64,000 nucleotides of DNA from Camelus dromedarius. Its lineage: Eukaryota. Positions 14,001 through 26,000 of the stretch are shown here, piece after piece. A model generated the notes under the pieces. The model saw nothing but the letters and a program-made list of their open reading frames with translations, was not told where the DNA came from and ran no database searches. The stretch spans positions 6,138,001-6,202,000 of the forward strand of contig NC_087437.1 of NCBI RefSeq assembly GCF_036321535.1, read 5' to 3'. Position 1 is the stretch's first letter, and every line of letters starts with the position of its first letter. The translations under genes were made by a program, and so were the position numbers.

Positions 14001-17000
14001 AAAAAATCAAAAGGAACAAGAGAATACTACTCTGTAATACAGTAAGCAAGTTAATTTGACAAATACCCTAATATATGCTCAGCAAAATGGATGGCTATAT
14101 TTGGTTAATGAAGATCGTACAGAAAAGCACATGGAGTGCTGTGTGTTGATTTTATTCTCTGCATAGAGATGGGCTAGCCTGTGGAATATTCCTGGCGAGG
14201 TTTTACATTCCCTCAGCTCTCCCTTTCCAGGATGCTTCCTGGCTGCCTCTCTGGCCTGACTAGTTAGCATCTCTTAAGTTAGAGAATAAATTCTAACAAT
14301 TGGCCTAAGTTCATTACAATTAACATTACTTTCTGGAAATAATAAATTAACATATTTCAAAAACATGAGAAGTCATTTTTGTCTGTCTAAAGACTGGGGT
14401 TCTTTGTGGAACTGCTCTATTTATGAACTGAACTGAGTCAACTCTGGTGAGGAGAAAGTATCTCGCAGGTAAAGGTTCTCTCCCAGCCTGCAGTGAAAGA
14501 TGGGTCACGAGAGGACAGTACGTATGAATGTTAACCATCATTAGCACTTTGCCGTTACAACAACAATCTCCTCCTCTTGATCCATCAGTTATACGTCCTT
14601 TGGTACAGCCCTAAGGTCTACTAAGATGTTTACAATTCCAAATTTGCCCCATAGCTGAAGTGGGATTACAATTAGTGAGTGGAATGAACAGCCAGCCGCA
14701 TGAAACACAACCAAATGTTTACAATTTATGAAATACTTTCAAGGGACTAGATGTTGAGGTGAGAAAAAGATCACAGCAGGGCTGAAAAAATAGAGGGGCT
14801 TATGTCACGACTTGCCTTGGCTGCGCAGACTCACTGGCGTGAAGGAAGGCCTGGTGGTCACAGTGCAGGGTGAAGACGATCGGGGCCAGCAGCTCGTGCA
14901 TGCCCTGAAACAGACAACGAAGAGTGGCGGGTGGACAGGACCAGCCCAGCTGAGAGCTTCTGCAGCTGATTCCACCACCTGCACTTCCACACTATACAGA
15001 AAAGCATACACAGAAGAAGCTACAAAATGCGATTTTATGTCCTTTTAGAATTTGACTCCAATTCAGCCACAGCACGCATTCTTCTTTAAAAACATGGGGA
15101 GCAGTTCTCTTTTAAATGACACAACAAACAATAAATTGGCATGGTAGACAACCTTGCACCTGTCAGTTGCTTCAGGAGCTGTGCTCATAAATATGAATTT
15201 CATTTATGCAAATGATAATCATGAGCTACAGTGTAAAGATCTGCAGTAAGAAGGGCAACTGAGAACTGTAGACCTAAGGAAATTACAGCCAATGTTTTCA
15301 TTATATAATGGCTCAAAATTAGGATGTCTGTAGATTTAGGAAGTGCTGAAGTCAGCTAGCTGGAAATGTTGGATAATAAGAGAAACAACCTTTGGCAGGT
15401 ATGAGAGAAAACAAAGTTTTTAAAGTAGGATTTTCAACATGTTTAAGCAGAAGATGACTATGATTTTTTTCCTATCAACTTCAACTATAAGGTTACTTTT
15501 GAATTTATTTAGTGATTTCACCCATACGATTTTCTTTTTCCTTATACTGGTGTTCACTTGTGGATTTCATGAATAGATACAGAAACAAAAAGGTGTATTA
15601 GTTACTAAGATGTCTTTCAAAGGGTTTTATAAAAATGCATTTTTCATCTGTTACTGAGATGAAACGAGGTGGTTCATGACAGTGACCTGCCTTGTTAATG
15701 AAGATTGTTTCCCTACTTAGGCATCAAAAAATGTATTTTAGCAAGTTAAAAATAGACTACACTCTCTGCTGCCTCTTAGAGGGAGTAAATTACTATTTTC
15801 CTTTTGCGTACAGATGATCTTTTAGAAAAAGACAAGACAAAACCCCACCTTTACAGGAAATAACAATAAAGCACAAAAGCAGAGAGAACGATTTTCCTGG
15901 TGGAATGAGAGAAACCCCCTGCGACGAGAGGACAGTGATACTGGCCTCTGCCCAGTCTAGCAGCTCTCTGCTGCTCACAGGACACCGGCTATTGTCATAA
16001 AGCCACACGAAAGTAAACGCTGCCGGAGTTCATTTGTAAGTTATCGCTAGCCTTGACTTAGAAGGACTTAATGACATTTTTACGAAATGATTCATGATCC
16101 ATTGACAACTTACTTGTAATTTAGGACAAATTACCACATAGCACTTCAGTCTCTTTAGATAACCAACCCCTGCTAAACAGACCTTGAAAAGACTGTTCCT
16201 TAGGGGAACACGGGAGAGACCCAGAAAGAGTGGGAACAGCGCTGCTGGTGTGCTTTAAAATCATCATGAGGCACTCACTCTCCAGGAATAAGCTCAAGTT
16301 ATTCCAAAGACCAAGTGCCATCATTTTAGTCATCATAGTAACAGTTATTATAGAGAATTGCAGAAAAGCAAAAACAAAAAGCAGAAAAAAACAAAAAAAA
16401 AGGGAGGTGAAAGGGAGGGTGGAAGGAAGGAGGAAGGGAGGAAGGAAGGGCCTAAACAAAGAAAAGAAAGAAATTTAAAACTGTGATAGACTCCTTCTGG
16501 TAATCTTTTGCTTCATTTCTGATGATTTCCTTAGGATAAAGTCCCCAGGAGTAGGATTCCTGGGTAGTTAAGACATTTGTTAAGATATACATACAATTTG
16601 GTATATACAATTAACCTGCCCTTCAGGAAGAATTCCCTCACTTTAGGGCATAAAAATCACCATCTCACACATCCCTACCTATATTTGTCTTTTTTTTTTT
16701 TTAAATCCTGTCAAGTTTCACCATCAAATGGTGGTTTTAACTTAAATGCTAGTGATATTGAACACATTTTATTGGCCATTTTTATGTAATGAATTGTCCA
16801 TTTTCTCCTGATGAAGTATCTTCCTTTTTCCTGATGATTTATAATTATTCTTTACCAATTTAGAATATTAACCTTTAGTCACTTTTCTTACAAATACTTT
16901 CCCATGTTTATCATTTGTCTTTTAATTTTGAGGATATATCTTATTGTGAAGCTGTATACTTTAAAATAGTCAAATCTTTCATTCATTCTTCATGGTTTCT

Positions 17001-20000
17001 TGTTTTGCTTTCATGCCTAAAAAGACTTCCTCATATTAATATTAGGTTAAATATATAGTTTCCTTTTTTACAATGAATTATTTAACTTTGCCCTGAAGAA
17101 TAAACAAACATGTATTTTTTTCTCTCTCAAGGAATTAAACTAATCTGTTGAATAATCATCATTTACTGAATAATCCATTTTCTCCCAAGAGTTCTGAAAC
17201 GTCATCTTTATCATAAACTGAATATTTAGCTCTTTTTTTCCCTGAGTTTTTACTGGTATTCCATCGGTCTATATACTCTTAACAAGAACTTTAGCACTGT
17301 AATGACTTGAATTATAAAATATTTCATTTCTTCATATTTTCTGTTCTTTTTCTCAAAATCATTCTGACTATGCTAACATTTTTTTCATCCAAGTTAACTT
17401 CGGTAACATTTAGTTACATAAAACACTAAACAAAATACTACAATTTTTATTGCCATTGCATTAGATTTAACTGTAAGAAGGATTTTTTAACACCACCAGA
17501 TATTCCAGTCCAAAAATGTGTAGACCTGCATAGTTTTTATTAGTTTTATTACTAGGTTTTCGTTGGTGTTGGTGGCAGTGATCTTCCGAATGAACTTTTC
17601 CCATCAGTTTTTTCCCCTCCCTGTGTTTTCTCACTGACTACGGCTGGTTTAATAAGAAGGAGCTCTTGCTAACTGCCTCTTCTTAACTTCTTTAAACGTT
17701 CTTGTCCCTCTAGCTTCTGTGACACTACTCTTTCTGGATTCTCCATTTGCTCACGCACCATTCACCTTCATTTATTCCAAAAACTACATACAAACCATCT
17801 ATGATGTGCTGGGAGCACAAAAATGAAGTGGGCAAACTCCTAACCATGATGGCGCCCGCAGTCTACGTGGCAAGACACACAATAACAAAACAAGCATAGA
17901 AGTGCTATACACTTATCAACTGGGACAACTGATACATGTGTGCATGTGCACACACATAAGTGTGCACACACGCACACACACACACCCAGCTCCTACTATG
18001 GGCTCAGCACGTATAAGGTGCTCACTACCTAGGGACTGAAGGAATGAAACAGCTACCAGTCAATACAGTCACCACTCATTCATTTTGGAATAAATGAAGG
18101 CTGATATTTCATTTATCAACACAATGGCAACAGTTGAACTACAATATGCAAAATGGAAAAGAATACTGAATTATATTTCAACATTTCCCATCAATAAATA
18201 AGGGTGCTTTTTGTATAATGGAAATTCAGAGCCCCCTGAATACCATTAAGACATCCTCTTACAAATTCAGTGTTGACTCCCAACTACACTAGGGATAGTT
18301 TCCTCAAATAGACTTGGAAGAGACTGTTGGTTTTACTCTCAATTCTTGACTAGTGAAACCTGATTAATATTTAGAGGTGGCAAGCATATAGACATCTTTA
18401 AGGGAAAAGAGACGTATCTAGAAAGAACGGTCATAAATTCGATATGCTGTAAATCTGACAAAGTGTCATAAAAAATAATGTATTGTCAGGGTACTTCCTG
18501 GTCCCCCAAATGCATGCTTTGCTTGCACCCACACTGCCGGCGGGCACCCTGGCTTGCTGACAGCCTTTCCCCCGCTGGATCTGCGGTAGTCACTGTGCCC
18601 CAAACTCATGCCAGTTGAAAATAAAGGTAACAAAGTTTCCTTTGTCAACAGCCTGTAGGCTCACAAAATTGAACCTGTTCTTTTATCTGCCTGTGCTCAT
18701 TTAGCCCACCAAGCAGTCTTTATTAAAGCAGAGACATCAGGCAGTCAAAGTTCATTAATACCATTTATATAATCTCTGCAGTTTCAATTAACTCAGCAAG
18801 ACATTCTACTCCATGATAACAGTCTCATTAATTCAATAAAATCCCATAACTATTAACAATATGGTCGATGTTAAACGGGGTGTCACCTAGCACAAAATAA
18901 TAGCTTTAACAGCTTGTGATGAAACTCAAGGTTTTCTCTTAAATTTGATCTGGCGAAATATTCACAGTCCTTTTACAGCAAGGGATCATTTCTATGTAAA
19001 GAATCTATAGCATTTTTAATGTGCACAGGGTGTAATTTAAGCCTTAGTAGGTGATAACCAGGAGTGAGTTAATAATACTTTCCTATTCAGTAACTGATAG
19101 ACTTAATCTGAATTATCAAGAACGTGATCTTCCAGACTGCTGTTTAGTCTTTCTCATAAAAGGGAGGCATACACCACAAATGATGGCGTGTGCAGTTACT
19201 ATGCTTTTGTTCCTTGTCCATGGAACTTGTTTCCATTATCTTAAGACTTCCTTAATCTAGACCTTCCTTTCTCTAGAGAAAAAGAGGAAACAGATGTAAA
19301 GCTGGGATAATTTTATTCCGACTTGATTTGCTATCATCAAATCTTTTACTATGAAATCAGAAAGAGGAGAGGAACAATGAAGAGGCTTTTGATGACAAAA
19401 GCCACCACCATGAGGAGAAGTGCAGAAAAACAGAAATAAACACAGATCACAGGTGAGGAGTCCGAGCCACAGAACTAAAGCTTCAGAAGCATTCTGCCCC
19501 CAGACTTCCTGTAAAGCATGTTAATAATGCTCTTAGACTTTCAGGCATCCTGAATGGAATTTTCTGCTCTTTGCTTCCCCCTAAATTCTACACTGATTGA
19601 AATTTATTTTCTCCCAGTCTCCTCTTTGGTTTGTTTTTGACTTCTGAACTTTGCATCCAATCTGAATAGCCTAACTTGCTTGGGAAGGCCTTTTCTACCT
19701 TGAGATTATAAAAAATTCTCCTAAATGGTTTTATTGTATTTTTATGTAATTTTAGTTTTTACAATTATATCTTTACTCTATCTGGAATTTATTCTCCAAT
19801 AAAGGTCTAAGTTAATCTTTTTTTCCAGATGCAAAGCCAAATATGGCAAGCCCATATCCTTTTCCCATTGAATGAAAATGCCCTGGCTTGTCACATTAAC
19901 ATCTCACTTGTAACTGGACCTGTTCTTCGTTTGTCTCACTGATCTATTTCTCAATTCCCACACCCCTGTTTCATTGGTTTGATCAACAGAACAGTTATCA

Positions 20001-23000
20001 GAGCTTTCATATGTCCCTGGGCCACTCTCCCCTTCCCTTAAATTCTGTGGCGACTCCAGCATATCTAACACTGACTATGATGATAACTAATGATAACTGC
20101 CCCGGGCACTAACGTGAGCTCTCAGTCAGCACTCTATGCTTCTGACTCTACAAAGTCAATTCTATCATTGCTCTCATCAACGAAACTGAGGATAAGAAAA
20201 GCTAAGCAAGATTGCCTAAGATTGTGCAGCTAATAAGTGGTAGAGTTGAGATTCAAACATAGGCCTCTGAGTCTAGACCCAGTGTTCTTAACCACTAAGC
20301 TATATTATCTTCAGTAAAATTACTGTAAACCTTTTTGGCATTAAATGAAAAACAACTGTGTCTGGTTTTTAAAAACCACATGTCTCACTTAGATTATCAC
20401 TGGAATGGTAATGCATTTATATAGTAATTTGGGAAGAAGTAATAGTTTGACTTAATATCTTCCCACCTAAAAACACACCATCAATTTTCTATTTATTCAG
20501 TGTTTCCTTTTATCCTTCAATAACATTTACAGCTGTCTTCATATAACTTTTGTTCCAATACTGTTAAATTCATTTCTAGACACTTGATAGTTTTGGTTGC
20601 CATTATAAATAGGGTATTTTTTTTTTCCACTCTAAAAGCTAGTTATCACCATGTGATTAATATAAAGATATATTACTAATATCAAATCTAAGACAAAGTT
20701 AGTTCCCTTGGGTATCCAATGTATATAGTAACAAATATGTTATTAAGGACAACTGTAATATGACTTGGTTTATTATCTTTAAGTGAATCAAGTTTATCTC
20801 AAATTAAGTATACTGCTCTCACCATGCAAGTTTTTTTGTTATAATACACTGAATTTTGGTGGTTATCAGCTGGACATCACAACTTTGGATTGTTAGAGAA
20901 TTAATAAGTGTCTGAATTTCCACTTAATATGCATTTTGAGAAACCCATAGAAATATGCAATTTGTGTATTTTTATTGGAACCCCATAAGCTTAAATAGAA
21001 ACCTAGACATTTCTTTATGTACTGAACAATTTACATTTCAAAAAGAGCAAACACAATCCAATAATATACGTTAGTAATGAGATGAATCAAACATCAGGAT
21101 CACAAAGAATATCATATAAATTTCAAAAAGTTGAAAGGGACTTTCTGAAGCTATGTTACTGGTGAATTTTAAAGAGCAAAAGGACACCTGATTATTTTCT
21201 ACATGGCATGTCACATATTTATAAATGCAGTGCTTAGAAACAATATTTATATCTGCAACTCTGAAAAGTTTTATTACTAGATTGCCTTCAAAGATGCTGT
21301 TTATAAACAAACTCCCAAAAGTTGACAGAAAAGATTGAATGCCTTGTAGGAGACAATTTGGTGGAATGTCTCCCAATAAGGAGGAGGCATACATGCTGCG
21401 AGGAGCTCACTTTTCTCGCCAGGCAGCTGACGAGCCGCTCTCTGATTGCGTGACTATTATGATGCAGCTCTGGATACAATAAAGGCTACATTATTGCTCT
21501 ATCATTTGTCAAGCTGTATGGAAAATTTTGAGTCAATGGATGCCACCTGTACGATATTTTCATTACCTGTTTATAAAGCAACTGCTCGTTTTCTCTAGCA
21601 TAACAGAAAAGAACATCTGTAAGAATTTTTCTCACATTTTCTTGTTGGAAAAACTGCATTTCAGGAAACCTGAAAAACAGAAAACACAGGATTGAAATTG
21701 ACTAGCACAATTCCAAGAATTACCCTCAGACTCGCATCTCTGAGAGGTGCCGAGGGCTGCTCCAGGTTTTAGTTCAAGTCTGCGTTTGCCATGCAACGTA
21801 TGCCATCGGTGGGACTGATGTGTTAAAGACAAAAGGGTGAGGAAAGGGAAGCCACCATACCACAAGGGAAATGACACCCTTCACCATCTGACGATTTCAA
21901 GGGTCTTCATCTGCCTAAAGCCATTGCGTGGTGAAAGCAACAGTCTTTGAGCCTGTGCATTTGGGGTGGGGGATTGCTTTGTTTCACCTCACTGGTTTTG
22001 AGGACTATGTAAAATGTGATTTTTATAAGTATCAACATTTTGAAGAAATCATCCCTTTTTTTTGGATGCAAATATCAGGATTTAAATTATTATGTATGAC
22101 CACACCACTAGTTTTATCTGATTAAAACACAGACTTCAAATGGAGTAAGTTAGTCAATGTTGCTTAAATGATCTCTGTATCCAAAATATTACCAGGTGCT
22201 TTGAGGTAATGTGAAATAAAAAAAAGGGCCGAGTATCCACCTGAAAGGAGCTTAGACATTTGTTTATAATGCAAGAATGTACAATTGCAAGGACCCAAAG
22301 AGAAAATACACAGCAATGCAATAAACAATAAATATATAGCCTGCTCTGTGGATCCATGGGTTCCGTGTCTGTAGATTCAACCAACCATGGATCAAAGATG
22401 TTTGGGGAAAAAAAATCCAGAAAGTTCCAAAAAGCAAAACTTGAATTTGCCAGCAGCCAGCGATTATTTACATTGCATTAGGCAGCATAAGAAATCTAGA
22501 GAGGACCTGAAGTGCACAGGAGGGTGTGCAGATTCTATGAGGACACTACTCCATTTTATATTAGGGACCTGAACACCCACGGATTTTGTTATCCGTGAAA
22601 CCAATCCCTCATGAATATCGAGAGGTGATCCTATAAGGGAAGAGGAATGTCACCTAGAAGTAAGCTGTCAAATGGGTCCAATCACAAAAGGTTTGAACAA
22701 GAATTTTTAGGAGAAGAGGAACATGGAACATTTCAAGGAAAGAGACAAAGGCACAGATACTCCAAATGTAGAGCCGAGTAGGGTGACTAGTAGTGCCAAA
22801 GAAAAGTACTTCCACGAAGCACTCCCCGTTGGGAGCAGGACATCAGGACAGAAGAAACGGCGGGAGGTCTGGAAAGAGCTCTGAGTGCAGTATTTACAAC
22901 TGGGGAAAAACAAGAGAGTGACTCTGCATTTCTGAATAGGGAAATAACAAAGAAAATAATATTTCAGTAACTCCAGGTGGGAATAGGGCTGAAAGAGGAG

Positions 23001-26000
23001 AGATTACAGGAAGGAGATAAGAGGACATTATACTGAAGTGAAACAGAAGCATCACAAACCCAAGGAGAAAAGCCTGGGTTCAAATTCCTGTTGCAGAATC
23101 GCGAGCTGTGAGACCTGGAGGCAGTCTATTAAGTAGGGATAATCATCCTGATCCTGTGATCAAGATGAGACGATGTGAAAGCACCAAGAGCGGGACTTTC
23201 AGGAAGAAAGGTCACTGCTAGTCTCTGAGCACTGGTAGGTACTCTAGGAGATAAAGATGCGAACTGAGTGGCTTTGGAACTAGAAAATAAGACAGTAAGT
23301 GAGGGACCGAAGAGGAAGAGTACCTAAACAGGATGCCCGGGGCATCACCGAGACAGAAATGACTGTGCAAGAGTCTTTCAAAGAGCGGCCAGGGGTGCTC
23401 TGCTTCATATTACAACAGCTTTCTGCCTCCAATTTCTGGGGACCTCCGCTGTTTCATGCTTCACTCTGATCCTCTTCCCCCCAGTGACAGTTACAACTTT
23501 CTGTCCAGTCCAGGCCGGGCTCCTGGGTGAACTATGCTAGTGGTTTGTGAAGCAACTCTTTTCTGCTCCTAATTTTTATAATAAATTGAAGCCTCCTTTA
23601 TCTCAATCTGTTCATCTGACTTCTGTTTAAAATCCCCTGGTTGTACAATTTGTCCCCAGACATAAATATCTGGTCTTTTCGCTAGCAGCAAGGAAGTCTC
23701 TCTTACTGCAGTGGGGCAGTAATGAACGACCCATGGATCTGAGCAAGGTTATCTCAAATCTACGCACAAATCTCAATGTGGTGACCCTCCGGACAGCCCA
23801 AACTCAGGCCGAGGAGTCTGACTAGGCACCAGTGACCTTAGCTGTTAAAGAAAAAGAAAATTATTCAAAGTAGGTTCAAAGTAATAATAAGTGTATCATA
23901 GAAGCCAAGGAAGTTCCAGAAAGATGTCAAATGAATGCACTGAAGGAGGAAAGAAACATAAAAATGTATTAAATAATTTATTTGGGACAAAAGAAATTTG
24001 TTAAAGGCTTTAGAAACTCAAATATCCCAAGTTAGAGTAATCAGGATGAGAGACAGGTAAGTAGCTACTAATTGCTGAAAAGAAATTTTGGGAAAACTTA
24101 GTCACTAAAGTAAAAATAGAATAATCCTTCAGAGGTGAAACTGTTTCCCTTTCTTCCTCATTTGATGATTTAAATCTAGCCCCGTCTTGAAGTGGGCTTT
24201 CTGACATGCAATGTGGACTGATTACATGGCTCAATGACTTTGTGTGTCCCCTTCCTTAACTATGGTTTGGAAATTTTCCATGCACAATGGCACTACCGAA
24301 TTCCATGCAATCCAATTCCATGTGTGGATTATGAGAGAAAGTACTAAAAACTACAACATTCACTTTGTAACAAATATCCGGGAACTAGACAGTAAGAGTT
24401 TAATACCTAAATACTAAAAATGTAAATTATATTACATACCAGTTCATAGTTGCATTTAAATGCGCACTAAATACTAACCACTTGCAAGATTAAAAACCAG
24501 AGATCTACAAGAATTAAATTGCAGGTAGATAATCTAAATTACCCACTTTTAGCAAATACCCAATCAACTGAAAACGTGTATTAGGCAGACACAGCGTATC
24601 TACAAGACAGCACACCATCTACAATTCTACTCCACAATGCTAACGTGCCAATTTAATGAACTTTTCGTGATATCCTCTTTTCTAGAAAAGTATGACTTGT
24701 TCCCTAAATTCTGATGTAGAATCCACAGCATTAAACAAGTAAAGTAGAAAGGTTTCAGAAAAGTTCTGAAAAAGAAACAAAACTTAATGCTATGTTCAGA
24801 AAAATAACTGGAAAAAGAACTGACATTCAGAGACATTTTTAGCAGAGTCTATAGCTCAGAAGGTAACAGGTGAGGAAGACTGGGGCAGAGAGATGAATAC
24901 CTGTTGTGGTGTGTCCGGGTAGTTAGCAAGGTGGCAGGACTTTCCAACTGCTTTGCTATTTGAGCATAAATGAGTCAGAGATACGTATTTAGGTAAAATT
25001 CCATGAATTTAGATTTACACAGAAAAACCTCAGTCATCAGGTTGATGAACAAACCTAAATAAAAACATATTTCCTACAACAAATACTTGACTGTCATACT
25101 ATCAGCCTTCAAAGGAGAAGGCATTCCATCTACAGGAATCAGAAATAAAAGGGAGAAAAGTAGTGACTAGCTTTTCTGGGAACAGTGATAATCAGTTTTT
25201 GATGATATGTTTTTAGGTTCAAAATAGCTTCCCTGACATCTGGTGTCGAGTCAGGGCAGGTAATCTGAACATCAGCCTAACCCAAATATCACTGCAAAGG
25301 CAAATCTGCTTTTGAAACAGTAACAAACATCAGAGAACACAGACTCAGGGTGGATTCAGTAATTGTTAAGATTTTGAAAACTCAATAGTGACACTACAGT
25401 TTCATGCAAAAAAGAGAAATGGTAGTAAATTCATTAAATACGAGATAGAGAAAAACTTTAGAACTGAAACTAGAGATGTTTATGACTCGTTCAAGCCAAA
25501 ATATCTGACAGAAAAGCAAAAGGAGAAAAAAATCAGAACAGATAGGAACTGAAGACAAATTCCGTTATTATTAGAAAATGAAAGTCCAAGAGGAGTAATT
25601 TCTGCATTTGGCCAAAAATAAAAGTGGGAATTTGGAAACCGGTGAGGACGAAACTCAGACAGAGATAAAAAGCAAAGAGAAAAGTAATACTAAAGTATTC
25701 CACGGTGAGATTTAGACTAATACCGGCTTTTTACTTAAAGGGAAAAAAAAGTGCTAATTCAGTTTTAACTTAATTGATCAATATTTAAAATACAGCAGTT
25801 TCTCTCTCAAGATGTACGGAGGTACTTTATATTTAGACAAATTTTACATACTGCACACTGATATCCAGAGACATAAAAGTCTGAGGTGTGGGTTTTGTTC
25901 CGTATTGTGAAATAACCCCATATTCGTAGGCAATATAGTTTTCATCGTAACCACCCATAAAGAAGAGACAGCAGTGGACTGGACCCCAGGATACCCATCA

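Noticed and set aside
16121..16478. Hydrophobic and Lys/Arg-rich ORFs on opposite strands
   Set aside because: Artefacts of an A-rich/(GGAA)n low-complexity tract.
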